Shown here piece by piece: positions 1 to 11,700 of a stretch of 64,000 bases of DNA (position 1 is its first letter; each line of letters opens with the position of its first letter). Origin of the DNA: a virus (taxonomy: Duplodnaviria > Caudoviricetes); IMG/VR virus record IMGVR_UViG_3300028591_000150, positions 28,308 through 92,307 of that record; one strand, written 5' to 3'. The position numbers were made by a program, and so were the translations under genes. The notes below the pieces were generated by a model, which was given only the letters and a program-made list of their open reading frames with translations, ran no database searches and had not been told where the DNA came from.

Positions 1-639
1 AAGCAAGCCGAAGAAGCACGCGAAGCTTACGAGAGCACCTACAAGGCAGTAGATAACGAACTGGCAGTCCTGCACAAACGGCTCATGATTGATATCCCAT
101 ACACAGGTAAATTCAAGAACAAATTCAAAGGTGTAGATGTTGAAAAGGTTTTGCACATCACACGTCCTTACTATGAAAAAATCCGTAAGGAAGACCCGAC
201 AATCGACGAGCGAATTAAAACGCTCATCGAGCAGGACAGTCCTGAATATGCCGCAAAAATGAAGGCCGACGAAGAAAAGAAGCAGGAAGTTACCGAACTG
301 CTCCGCTATCTGAAACGTAAGGACAAGCCAAACGTGAAGCAACGCATTGAAACAATGGAAAAGCGCTATGCCAGATTGGTTGAACTTCTTGGAGAAGAAG
401 CAAAGGTGTATCGCCCCATTGTTGATGCCGCCATTCAGGACTACGATAAGAACTACAAGAAACTCGACGTAGAACCAACAGATACGGCTAACAAGAAACT
501 TGAAAAGGTTGCCGCAACAGGCAATGCCGCTGCTATGGAAAAGAAACCGGCAAAGCAAGAAAACAAGAAAGCAACAAATCAAGTAAGCAAGAAACCTGCG
601 AAGCAACAAATCCAAAAGACAAGAAAGGAGAATAAATAA
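1..639 (+). CDS. hypothetical phage protein, 5' partial
   Basis: Frame of ORF 85..639 is open back to position 1; charged coiled-coil; stop overlaps next ATG. Confidence 0.7.
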   Translation, partial: KQAEEAREAYESTYKAVDNELAVLHKRLMIDIPYTGKFKNKFKGVDVEKVLHITRPYYEKIRKEDPTIDERIKTLIEQDSPEYAAKMKADEEKKQEVTELLRYLKRKDKPNVKQRIETMEKRYARLVELLGEEAKVYRPIVDAAIQDYDKNYKKLDVEPTDTANKKLEKVAATGNAAAMEKKPAKQENKKATNQVSKKPAKQQIQKTRKENK

Positions 640-1430
640 TGAGCCAACCGTCGGATAGGTACATCCAAAAAGTCGTTGACTGGACATACGGAAGGATTAA
701 CCTTGCGCGAATAAACATGTCATTGCCAGGCCAGTTCAGGGCTCGGCTTGCCTTGGAGTGCTATATGCTGTGGCAGCAGAACAAGACGAGCAACGTGCGG
801 CGCATGGTGAAGAGCATAGCGGCACGCGACTATCAGACGCTGATGGCCAATGCCGAACTCGGCAACGAGGAAGCACAGGCGATGGTGGCCGCTCTAGGCA
901 TACGGCGGGACGATAATGGCGTGGTCAATTTCAGGAAGGAAACGGAAATCGCTAACGACATCTATGTCGTCAACCAGCTTGTAGGCCGTCTGGCTGTATC
1001 GAAAAACAACATCCAGCGGGCGATGTACGAGGACAACATCGAGTGGCTGATTCAGTTCGGCAGAAAAACGGGCAATGTGACTGCGATGCGAGAGGCGCAG
1101 CGAAACTTGGAGAAGATAAACAACGACTTCAAGGACGAAACAAATCCCGCAGACGTTTTGAAGCCAGGCGCAGAGCGCAACATCGTTGGCGACATCAGTA
1201 TCATCAAGAGCAACCGCAAGAACTACACAGAAGAAGAGATGAAAGACTTCGCCAAGAAAGTCGGCGCCAAGCTGGAGGATGTGCAGGAGTTCATCGAAGG
1301 AGAAGACGGTGTGTTCGTGGCTGCAGATTCTGATGAAGAAGAGGAAGTCCCCGCCGCCGTGCCTGTCGCATCTCCGGCTGGTCCCACTCCCACCGACGAG
1401 CCAGATACTTACGACCCATTTAATGTATGA
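639..1430 (+). CDS. hypothetical protein in packaging operon (possible small terminase)
   Basis: 263-aa ORF translationally coupled to upstream gene, upstream of terL; function from position only. Confidence 0.55.
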   Translation: MSQPSDRYIQKVVDWTYGRINLARINMSLPGQFRARLALECYMLWQQNKTSNVRRMVKSIAARDYQTLMANAELGNEEAQAMVAALGIRRDDNGVVNFRKETEIANDIYVVNQLVGRLAVSKNNIQRAMYEDNIEWLIQFGRKTGNVTAMREAQRNLEKINNDFKDETNPADVLKPGAERNIVGDISIIKSNRKNYTEEEMKDFAKKVGAKLEDVQEFIEGEDGVFVAADSDEEEEVPAAVPVASPAGPTPTDEPDTYDPFNV

Positions 1431-1575
1431 ACAGATGTATATAGTAAAGAAGAAAGACCCTTGGGGAAACTTTGTGGATATGTTTCACGCCCACCACGGC
1501 TATATAGCTTTCAACTTCTACAAGTTATTAGAAAAACGCGAAGGGAAAAACAATGTAATAATCGTTCAAAAATGA
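1423..1575 (+). CDS. small hypothetical protein
   Basis: 50-aa ORF overlapping previous stop and filling the gap. Confidence 0.4.
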   Translation: MYEQMYIVKKKDPWGNFVDMFHAHHGYIAFNFYKLLEKREGKNNVIIVQK

Positions 1576-1643
1576 AACATGCAAATACCCTGTTGCAGCA
1601 GACAGTTGGATGATTTTAACCACGAATTACACGAATTACACGA

Positions 1644-2300
1644 ATGGCAAAGGATTGGAAAGGAAACGGCAATAGCATCTATAAGACGCTGGGCGCATCG
1701 AACCATACGAACGAAGAGCGAGAGGTGGATGATTTCTACGCTACTTCGCCAAAAGCCATTGATATTCTTGTTGGCTATCCGCACATTTCTTTGCCAAAGT
1801 ACATCTGGGAACCTTCGTGCGGCAGCGGTTGCCTGTCGAAAAGACTGGAGCAGAAAGGTCATGTCGTGACATCTACTGACCTTATTGACCGTGGCTACGG
1901 ACAGGGGGGGGTAAACTTCTTCGAGCAGTCAAAAATGCCAGACGGCTGTACTGCTATCGTAACAAATCCACCTTACAAATACGCTACAGAATACGTTCTG
2001 CACGCTCTCAGGCTGCTGTCAGAAGGCGGTATTCTATGCCTATTCCTGAAAACGACATTCGCAGAGGGAAAGGAACGCTACTACAAAATCTTCGGTCCTC
2101 AACGGCCACAGTTCGTTCTTCAATGCTCAGAGCGCATACTATGTGCCAAGAATGCCGATTTCGACTACATGCAAGCTCATGGCGGCTCAGCGGTAAGCTA
2201 TGCCTGGTGGATATGGCGCAAGGGCTACAAGGGTGCCACAACACTCGACTGGATTAACCACTCGAATACAGAATATGTGGAACAGTTGTTGCTCTTCTGA
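1644..2300 (+). CDS. DNA adenine methyltransferase (MTase1)
   Basis: DFYAT, WEPSCGSG SAM-binding motif, TNPPY catalytic motif; C-terminal QLLLF; in-frame G8 at 1904-1911. Confidence 0.88.
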   Translation: MAKDWKGNGNSIYKTLGASNHTNEEREVDDFYATSPKAIDILVGYPHISLPKYIWEPSCGSGCLSKRLEQKGHVVTSTDLIDRGYGQGGVNFFEQSKMPDGCTAIVTNPPYKYATEYVLHALRLLSEGGILCLFLKTTFAEGKERYYKIFGPQRPQFVLQCSERILCAKNADFDYMQAHGGSAVSYAWWIWRKGYKGATTLDWINHSNTEYVEQLLLF

Positions 2301-2341
2301 TTTTCGCTTCAATTTAAAACTACAAAATAAAAATAAGCTTT

Positions 2342-2605
2342 ATGACACCACAACAACGCAAAGCCATCGAGATACTGAATGGCATTAGAAACAATTTAGG
2401 CGAGAATTATGAACCTGTAATCAACGAAGACGATTATTTCTTTCTGCTGTCGTTCATCATTGACAAGCCGCAGGAGATAAGTGTACCGACACCGTATTAT
2501 CCAGTTATTCAGCCGTGGCAACCACCAACGATTCAGCCATACTATTATCAGCGATGGGAAGTTACTTGTAAAATTGATGACAATTTTCAAAAATCTGAAG
2601 TGTAA
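2342..2605 (+). CDS. hypothetical protein
   Basis: 87-aa ORF with AT-rich leader, in operon orientation. Confidence 0.6.
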   Translation: MTPQQRKAIEILNGIRNNLGENYEPVINEDDYFFLLSFIIDKPQEISVPTPYYPVIQPWQPPTIQPYYYQRWEVTCKIDDNFQKSEV

Positions 2606-2783
2606 ACTCGGCTTTCACGAGCCTATACGATATCATCAGACGTTCAAGCTCAAATGCCGCACCACGAACAAAGGACGCAGCAAAAAGCGATGGATGACTT
2701 TGGCAAGAGAAATCGTCAATATAACTTACTGCGGAAGATGCGGGAAGACACTTGAAACGAAACGACGCTGGCGGTGGAGATAA
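2577..2783 (+). CDS. small Cys/His zinc-binding phage protein
   Basis: LKCKLGFH...CGRCG pattern. Confidence 0.5.
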   Translation: MTIFKNLKCKLGFHEPIRYHQTFKLKCRTTNKGRSKKRWMTLAREIVNITYCGRCGKTLETKRRWRWR

Positions 2784-2808
2784 TTGTTTTATAGATTATT
2801 ATAATAAT

Positions 2809-3150
2809 ATGGCAAAGCGAAAGAAAAAACGTTACTGGGACGATTGGGACGACGAACCCAACGTGGATGGCGGACTTCCTGAGCCGGATGTGGAAAATAT
2901 TAGCCTGCGCGACTTTATTGTTCCACAAAAAGTCTCGGCCTTTGTACACGAATATGAACATTGCAACGAGGGCGATCCTGGCTATGAACAGTTCGATGAC
3001 GGACGCCTGCGAGAGGTGTTCAAGGCTTATGTGTGTGCTCTTGGCGACCCGCTAAAGTTATATCTCGATGACCTCATGATGGCAGGCTTCATAATGAACA
3101 TCAGTATGGCGACAGGAGAACCGTGTATCTTCGCAAGACGAAAAAATTGA
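2809..3150 (+). CDS. hypothetical protein
   Basis: ATG after AT-rich leader, directly upstream of terL. Confidence 0.65.
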   Translation: MAKRKKKRYWDDWDDEPNVDGGLPEPDVENISLRDFIVPQKVSAFVHEYEHCNEGDPGYEQFDDGRLREVFKAYVCALGDPLKLYLDDLMMAGFIMNISMATGEPCIFARRKN

Positions 3151-3162
3151 ACATTTAACAAT

Positions 3163-5163
3163 ATGGCAGACAGCGTAGATATCTACATGAACCGACCGCA
3201 AAGGATGAACCACATCATCAAGGCGCACGATGTCAGAGGTGTAGCCTCTCGTCGTGTCGGTAAGACGGAAAGCATTGGAGATCGCGTGTTTCAGGTCGCT
3301 AAAAGTATGCCGCAAGGCTTGGGAGCATGGGGAGGCATCAGCAGAGCACAGTTGTACTGCAAACTGATTCCTGGCGCTTTGAGTGCAATGAGCCGTTTCT
3401 ACGGTCTGACAGAGGGTACGCACTATGGCGCAGGCAAACCGCCGTCGTGGGTACCGAAACCTATTGCAAACATGCGCAACTACTCCGACTCCATTTGGTT
3501 TGCTAATGGGTTTATATGGCAAATGATCAGCATGGCGCAGGTGGCCAGCGCCAACTCCTACACTTTCAACCACGGTCTCTTCGACGAGTGTCGTTTCGCC
3601 AAGAAACAGAAAATATACGAGGAACTGATGCCAGCAATCAGCGGACAGACACATCCGTTCGGCGACAAGGCATTCAGCCGTGAGAACCCCTTCTACTGCG
3701 GCACCTACTTTGTAAGCGATGCTGCACTGACGTTGAAGCAGTCGTGGCTGGAGCAGGAAGAGGACAAGTTGGAGGAACATCCGCAGATTGGTCCGTTCAC
3801 GGATATGACATATAGACAGATACAGGACGAATTGGAGGAGTTCGCAAAAAAAGTCATTAAGTACAACGACCTTATCTACTATGCGAAGAAGGAAGGCAGG
3901 AGAATTATAGAGGTAACGCCTGAGAAGAAGCGCTCGATTAAGGCGCTCTACGATGCGATTGAAAAGCGCGAAGGCGGTTTCAAGATTATCCCCAAACATC
4001 AACACGCCGACTCGAAGGGTACATTGCAGATGCTTGTATCATATAAGTTGGTGACAGAGGAAGATGCCGAACTGCTCTATTCCCACTCATACCTTATCAC
4101 CAAGGATGACCAGTTTGAGATGATGAAGCTGAACATCCCGAACAACACCTACCTGAAACGCATTCAGCAGTTGCGTTCATGGGCATTCTACTGTTGGAGG
4201 GCATCGACGCTTGACAATGCCGATGTCGTAGGCTTCGAGTACATCGCACAGATGAAGCGTGACCTGTCACCTGGTTTGTTCTCCGTGTCTATCCTTAATG
4301 AGAAGAAAACCAAGGCCAACGAAGGTTTCTATACCAACCTCGACATAGAAAACGTACATGGCTACATTCCCGATGACGCGCCCTGCATAGACAAGAGCAT
4401 ACATATTGCCAGCAGCGAGTATGTGAAAAGCGGCATGAAGTACAAAGAAGACTACGAAACCTACGACTTCACAAGGCTCGGGAAGGTGGACGATTGCACT
4501 CAGGATGGCGACGTGATAGATGCGCTGCCGCTGCACATTGCCTTTGACTACAATGCCAATATCACGACCGTAGTGACAGGTCAGGTGCAGCGGCGCGACG
4601 GTGTGGAATGTCTGTGTGTGCTTGGCTCCATGTACGCCCTCTATGAGCGTAAGATACACGCACTCGTAGAGGACTGGAACCGCTATTATGCGCCGCACAG
4701 GGGCAAAAACCGCACCGTATATTATTACTACGACTCAACGGCCAAGTTCCGTGGCTATGCCATCGAGAAGAGCGATGACTTCAAGGACACAATCATCAAG
4801 GACCTGCGTCGCTACGGTTGGGATGTCGTTGGTATAGACATGGGAACGCCTATGCTGCATCACGACAAATGGCGAATCATCAACGAAGCACTCGGCGGCT
4901 TCTCATCTCCTGCTATCCGCATCAACCAGGTGAACAACGAGGAACTCATCATCGCCATGCAGATGACTGAAATTCGCGAGCGCTACAACGGTACACAGAA
5001 GACCATCAGCAAGGACAAATCCGGCGAGAAACGGGCTGACACAGAAGATGGCGTGCCACTTCAGAACCGCACTGACATCACAGATGCTTTTGACTCGCTT
5101 TTCATCGGTGTGAAGATGTTCAGGTTCAGGACAAGTCTGCTGATGATGCCTAACGGGAAGTGA
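3163..5163 (+). CDS. terL: terminase large subunit
   Basis: Walker A (ASRRVGKT), Walker B (GLFDECR), nuclease motifs (IAFDYN, YDSTA, TDITDAFD). Confidence 0.85.
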   Translation: MADSVDIYMNRPQRMNHIIKAHDVRGVASRRVGKTESIGDRVFQVAKSMPQGLGAWGGISRAQLYCKLIPGALSAMSRFYGLTEGTHYGAGKPPSWVPKPIANMRNYSDSIWFANGFIWQMISMAQVASANSYTFNHGLFDECRFAKKQKIYEELMPAISGQTHPFGDKAFSRENPFYCGTYFVSDAALTLKQSWLEQEEDKLEEHPQIGPFTDMTYRQIQDELEEFAKKVIKYNDLIYYAKKEGRRIIEVTPEKKRSIKALYDAIEKREGGFKIIPKHQHADSKGTLQMLVSYKLVTEEDAELLYSHSYLITKDDQFEMMKLNIPNNTYLKRIQQLRSWAFYCWRASTLDNADVVGFEYIAQMKRDLSPGLFSVSILNEKKTKANEGFYTNLDIENVHGYIPDDAPCIDKSIHIASSEYVKSGMKYKEDYETYDFTRLGKVDDCTQDGDVIDALPLHIAFDYNANITTVVTGQVQRRDGVECLCVLGSMYALYERKIHALVEDWNRYYAPHRGKNRTVYYYYDSTAKFRGYAIEKSDDFKDTIIKDLRRYGWDVVGIDMGTPMLHHDKWRIINEALGGFSSPAIRINQVNNEELIIAMQMTEIRERYNGTQKTISKDKSGEKRADTEDGVPLQNRTDITDAFDSLFIGVKMFRFRTSLLMMPNGK

Positions 5164-5172
5164 TTGGTTCCT

Positions 5173-5679
5173 CTACGTATTCGGCAACTCGTACTTGCTC
5201 CAGTCGATGTTGTCCTTCTGCTGCCATCCTTCGCCAAGGCATTGCTGGATGAAGGCGACGGCAGAGAGGTAGAAGCCAGTCAGCTCTTCTGTCGTGGTGA
5301 ACTCGTGGTACACGGGCTGTCCGTCCGCGTCCTCCCCGAGCTTGAACGTCACGGGAAGGCTCAGGCCGTTTGTCATAAGCGCCACGCGCTGCGCCTCCGA
5401 GAAGTTGCGCTGGTTCTCGGAGGACAGCCACACGTTGATGCCGTTCCACACGAAGCCCGACAGAATGCGCTCGTCTGTCTTGGCGTTGATGTAGTCCAGG
5501 ACAGCCTTCTTTATCTCTGAGAAGTCAAGATTTGGTTCATGATGGTTCAATACCACTTCGTCGCATTCCCATCCGTTTTCCGTTTCTTCAATGTCGAATC
5601 GCAAGGCGGTTGTGACTAAGCCAACCGAAATGACCTCTTCTATAATAGGAGGCTTTTCTGTATAAATCACTCTTTCCAT
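5173..5679 (-). CDS. DUF4376-like tail-fibre-associated protein
   Basis: ILSGFVWNG..VWLSSENQRNF motif typical of the gene following Bacteroidales phage fibres. Confidence 0.7.
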   Translation of the reverse strand: MERVIYTEKPPIIEEVISVGLVTTALRFDIEETENGWECDEVVLNHHEPNLDFSEIKKAVLDYINAKTDERILSGFVWNGINVWLSSENQRNFSEAQRVALMTNGLSLPVTFKLGEDADGQPVYHEFTTTEELTGFYLSAVAFIQQCLGEGWQQKDNIDWSKYELPNT

Positions 5680-5712
5680 TTGAATAACCAGTTGGGGGTT
5701 TAAAATTGTACT

Positions 5713-8700
5713 TTACGGAACGAATCTGAATGTTGTAAAAGGCCGCACTATGTAATTGTAATTCTTTACTGTGCCGTTTACTAAGGCATTTCCAAAATTC
5801 ACGTAGCACCCATAAGTGCTATGAAACTCTGTAGAACACCAATATACAGAATTGGCACTGACGGCACTTAACCAATGATGTCCGCTTGAAACATAAGGAT
5901 AAACTACATCACGACCACGCGCAATAGCGTTTGCGAACAATGGCAGTTGCGCTTCCAATTCTATATTCTCATTGGCATAGTTCTCCGATACTGCACCATA
6001 ATTCGTGTTATATCCGCTTTTGCTGTTACCAAAAAAGTTGTACACTCTTGCCATTATTCCGGTTGAAGGAAGCATCCAATTTCCGCGTTTATAGTTTTCG
6101 TGCAATTTGCTTTCGTCAATCATGGCGCCATCAATGTCGGCAGGACACCATACATTGCATCTTCTTGCGGCCATGAACATAAACAGTCTGTACCTGGCAG
6201 GTCTGGTGGCATTATATGGAGGTTCGCTTGCCTTCTGTACAACAAGGTCTGCAATTCCGCGAAGTCCTTGTGTGGTAAGAGGTATGCCTTCGCTGTCACA
6301 GCCGCCGCTCAAACGTATGTCATTATAGTCCTCTTGTGAAATTCCAAGATATTGGAATATGGCTTTCAACATGGCGTTGGCGTATGATATGAGCACCGCA
6401 TTTTCTTCCTTCATGTCGAAATTATTGATCTCGGCGTTTGCCGAAGCTGCATAGCCGTCTGCCCCGTTCACATCCTGCATGGCATAGCCGCTTCCTGCCG
6501 CAGACACAGCAGCGGCATCCTTTCTGATAACAATGTACCCCCCCCAATTTCTTAGTGGTGTATCAAATATCTCTGTCTTGAAGTTGTTGCTTATAGCATA
6601 CGCAACATCACTTGGTTTGGTCCATGACTGAAGTGCCTGGCGAATCGCTTCAAGAAGGCTGTCGTTGTAAGCTCCGTTTGTTTTTGCGCTGGAAAATCCT
6701 CCAGTTTGAGCACTGTCTGCAAATAATCCCCAAGTATCTTCGTAGCCAGTAGCTACAAGACTTGTCGGGAACGTGGTGTCGGCAGAAGAGATAATGTCCA
6801 AATCATATACAGTGCTCCCATCAACTTCCACTGCAGTCTTGCGGATTACCAATCCTGCAAGCTTCTTAGAAACGTCATTCTGATTGTCAAATTCTCCGTC
6901 AGTCCACGCAAAGTCGCCTACTTCAGGGATGCGCCTCCATAAGCCAACCTTACTAACTACACTTACAGTGCTGTTATCAAGATTTGTTATAGTCACCCTG
7001 ACATTTATCGACGGCCTGGATCCACTTGGGATAACACTGAGTATCGAAATCACAGGGCTGTACATGTTGGTGAACTCTGCATACGAAGATGTGGTAGCCA
7101 CCCATTCGCCGTCCTGGAGTTCCACCAGTTCCCATTTTACATTCGGCACCACTTTGCCACTGGCATCCGTCGTCACTCCGACATCGTTCCCGTTTCCACT
7201 CACGGAAACAGAAAGGCCATTGTAGTTCATGTTTTCATCAAGGTCGTAAGTCGGGCTGCTCGGATTGGTGTTGATGTACTTCTTACCCTCGATATTGACG
7301 CTTCCGCTATCAATGTTATAGGTTCTGAAACTGATATACAAACCGTTTTGCTCGGAACGTATATCGCCGAAATGGTCAATGAGGCGTTTTACATCCTCAA
7401 ACGTGATGACATTCGCTATGCCGCTGTCAACGTAAATATCCGGAACAACACTCACTTCTCCCGTGTGGTCGTGCCCAACCAATTCGCATACGGCATTGTC
7501 TGCCAAATCCAAAAGCCAGCGTATCGCACTTGCCTGCACGGGATTTGAAGCGGGCCACTTGATATGGGCAAGACGCAGCAGACTGAGTTGCGCACCGGCC
7601 TCCCTTGTGCTTAACACGATATTCTCCATGACACTTCCGCCGACCAGAGGGCTTCCCGTAATGACAAGCTGCGTCAATGCCGCATATCCCTGCATGGTGA
7701 GCGACGACAAATTGGCCTGCGCAGTCAATGACAATGCAGTGAGCGAAGCAGGCAGTTTCAAGGTCTGCAGAGTGGAAGTCTCGGGCACCCTTACCTGCGA
7801 TATGCCCGTGTCACGGAGGTCAATGCTCTCGCACACGGTCAAGGCAGAAAGGTTGAGTGTACCGGTTCCGATGACAGCACCCTTTACGTTGAACTCCTTC
7901 AGACGGGTTGCCGTGCCGATGATGATGTTGTTCACTCGGAAAGCAGGAAGTTGCTGGTCTGTATAGAACAGCGTAGGCTCGCAGACGAACTTCGTCAGCC
8001 TGCGTCCGTTGAGTGTGAAGTTCGCCTGTCCGTTGTTGGCCACCATGTCGCCGACATTGCCGATTTCCCGATAATAGTTTAAGCCAAGAATCGTACAGCC
8101 TTGGTCACTCGTCTCTCCGACAGATATATCAAGAGGGAAATATCCATTCGGCATGTTAGTGGCGCCTGGGGCGACACGCACATGGGGGTCTTCGAGGTTG
8201 TTCGTCTGTCTGCTACCAGTCGGATAAATCCACTGGTGCGGCACAAGGTGGAACACGTAGGTCGAAGGCGACGAGCTGCCTGGCAGGGGATATGGTGTCA
8301 TGCCGAATCCTTCCGATGCGCCTTCAAGACCAGTCAGGCTGCCGCCTCTCAATCCGACTGCAGTGAACTCTCCGAATGCGGCATACGAAGCCATATAGAC
8401 AAGTCTGCGCTTCATGAACTGCATTTCCGATTGGAGTTGGTCGCCAAGGCTCTGCTTGATTGGGCGGACTCGTCTTACGTCCGACAAGAAGCCGATAAGC
8501 TCTGGAAGCTCATAACGTATTCTCGCGGCTTCGTTGTAAACCGTCTCTGGGAAGTACCTCTGAATGTCGAAGAGGTATCTGTTGAGCGAACGCCAGACAC
8601 CATTCAAGGCATTCGACTCTTCCGAACCGACACCGCCCGTGAGCGAAGCCATCGTTGAGAGTATAGTTCTCATCATGGACTGCAATTCTCCGGTCGGCTC

Positions 8701-11700
8701 ATACATCAGCTCGATAAGGTCGAACAGCACATTGTAATAGCCTTCATACAGAATCCTCTCGTTGTCTATGTCGCCAGTCATGGCCACATCCGCAGCCTTG
8801 TCTCCGGCATACGGGTGCATTCTGTCGATGTAGTAAGGCTTCGACTGCAAGCCGCTGTTGTCGGTAGCAAGTGTCGTGTCAACGTCGTCCTGGTGCAGCT
8901 CAAACAAATGTGTCGCTGGGTCGAGGACGTAATACGTGTTCTTCGAGCAGTTGTCCGTTCCTGCTATGAAATGGTTCTGGAAACAGTAGTGGAATTTCAG
9001 TGAGTTCACTTTGAAATAGCTGCCGATGTTCGCACGGGCGTCTGCGACAACCGCATCGACGAAAACGCTGTTCACCAGTTCGGACTGGTTCTTCTCCGAT
9101 GCCGTCAGCGCATTCCATGCAGATGCCGTCATTGCGTCTGTGCGCATGTCAATCTGCGCATACTGGGTGCCGTTCCAGAGACCTGCGTCCACCCACTCTC
9201 CGTCCGTGTAGTCGTAGCGCTTCAGAATGTAGTCTCCAGTTGACGTCACGCCCTCCTTGCGGCACCAATACTTGTTTGCCGTGTTCACTCTTGAACGTGC
9301 AAGCTCGATGCGCTCACGTTCTTCTTGCGTAGTGTCTGCCGTGATTTCAAGTTTGGCGTAGTCGGCATCGACCATGAACTCTGCCAGACTTCCGTTGTAG
9401 TGGCGTATTCTCGGTGCGTGCAGATAAAGGAAATTCCATGCAGCCTTGATATACCCTACGATGGCTGAAGACGGATAGCCTGCATCGTCCGTCTTGCCTC
9501 CGTCGAAGTCAAGACACTTCTCGGTACTGCCTCCTGCAATGCGATAATAGAACGCCTCTTCTTCGGGGTCGTAGAACACCTTTGCAGGGCTGTTTCCGTG
9601 CGCTTCATCATCCCAAGGCACACGCATGTCAGTCAGCTGCTTGTCGTTGTCCGCTCCCTCTATCATGCAGAAATCGGGGTGCGCTGACTTCACATAGCCC
9701 CAAGAGGGCTTGTCCATCTTGCCTGCGCCGAAAGCGCAAGGGCCACGGAACACCGCTCTGTTGGAGCCTTCCGCCTGCGTGAAGAAGAGGAACGGCTCGG
9801 TATGCTTTGCAACGACTGCTCCAGGAACGTCCAGCTGCATCTTGTTCTTGCCGACAATGGCCGTATGCAGTTCGTTGTACAGCCAGTTGATGCCGATAAG
9901 GTGCGACTGCATGGAGCTTGCATAGTTGATTTTATTGACAAGCTTCTGTGCCATAGGAATACCCTCTGCCACTTGGTAGCCTTGACCACGATACTTGCCA
10001 TTGCCGTCTATCCAACCATCGGGAACCACGATTGAAGACTCCGTGCCGTGATAGGGCTGTGCAGACTCCGTAGAGAGAGGGAAGTTCTTGCCGAGGAAAC
10101 CGCCTTTCAGCATCCATGCGCCCGTCTCTCCGGTCGGGTTGTCGTCGCCATCCTTCCAGACATAAGCCGCATTCCATGTCGCAGTAATGGAGCTGTGCAG
10201 GTCAGACGGGGCAATCGTGATTGTGGCCGTCACATCTTTGATACTGACTTGGATATTATGGTAATAGTACGTCTTTGCCGTTGTACCCTGCGCTTTTTGA
10301 GGAACACTCTTTGTCTGTTCGCATATCTTGCCAGACAACTCTGGAAGATAGTTGCCCTCGCTGTCATAGCGACGCATTTCGAGCCATCCTGTCTCGCCCT
10401 TGTAGGCATTCTCGTGATACGGCTCGTTGCCGTGCCAGATAAGGACGTTCTTCTTGATGCCCGTCACGGAACCTTCGCCAGTTATGTAGTCCAAGCCAAT
10501 CAGACCAGTGTTCGGGTCTATGATGCTGTTCACGGCCTTCAAGCGACGTTTCTTGTCGCTGTTGGGGATAGTGGAGATGTAGTCCTGCAGCACCTGCTCT
10601 GGCGTGAGCGCAGTGCCCTCCCATATCCTTATGCCGTATATGTCGATGTCTGCACCGTCCTGCCCGAACACCATTCCACCGTTGCTCATAGCACCCGTGC
10701 AGAACTCGGAGGAATTGGGCGAATAGACGAACTCCCTGTTGATGATGCCGTTGATGAACACCCTCACAAGGGAGAATGAGCCTTGCGACTGAGACACCTT
10801 GTCTGCCGTCACCAGCGCATCACCATGCGCATTCGGATAGACGGCATTCACGATGTTGATTGCAATGTGCGTCCTGACATCCTCCTGCCAACGGAAATCA
10901 CTTTCCTCTATTGAGTTCCAGCTCTCCGTTGTCATGTAGCCGACCATCGGCAGAAGGCGCAATCCTTGCCAGACACCGCCGACCTGCTCTGCAAGCTTCA
11001 ATATCGGGTCGTCCTCGTTCGTCACATTCCTGATGCAGACGTCAAACTCCATGTTCAAGGACGAGTTGGGCGACCGGTACAGCAGCGCCAACGGATTGTA
11101 CTGAATATTCAACAGCCTGCCTGCTGGCACACGGAGGCACGACTCGCCGTTGTCGTCTTTGACATAGCCGTCCTCGAGGCCGAGACGGAAGTTCTGCCAT
11201 GTGCTTTGCACAACCGCATTGTTGTTCTTGGCGTTCAAGATAGTCTTCGGGTTCGCCTCGTCATTGTTCCTCTGCTTCGGGTTAAGTAAGAATGTGGAGC
11301 CTGCAGTCGGCTGGAAGCCTCCCGTATTGTCAACACTGACGAAGATATTGCCGCTTCCTGTACTTTCCTCCAAGAAATCCTTTGTCACGCCATTGTCGTC
11401 GCGAGTGGCGTGCAGGAAAGCAGAAAGCGTGTCGCCCTCCTGCTCAATCTCGACAGTCATGTCCAGATAATACTTAGTGCCTGGAACTGGATTGACAAAC
11501 AAACTCGAATAGATAGTCTGCTGAGAGGACAAGATGTTGTTCGCAGAGTTGGTCAGCAGGAACGTCATAGGAACGGACGGGCCAGAGTTTACAATATCTC
11601 CGTCATTATTCACAACGGGCGAATAAACGGCATACGCAAGAAGCCTTGTCTGAACAAAGTTCTCCACTACCTCCTTCATTTCCGAAATGAGAAGCATCGG

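Noticed and set aside
3163-5163. Intein in terL
   Set aside because: No Cys/Ser start with His-Asn end and no LAGLIDADG motifs in the extra segment.
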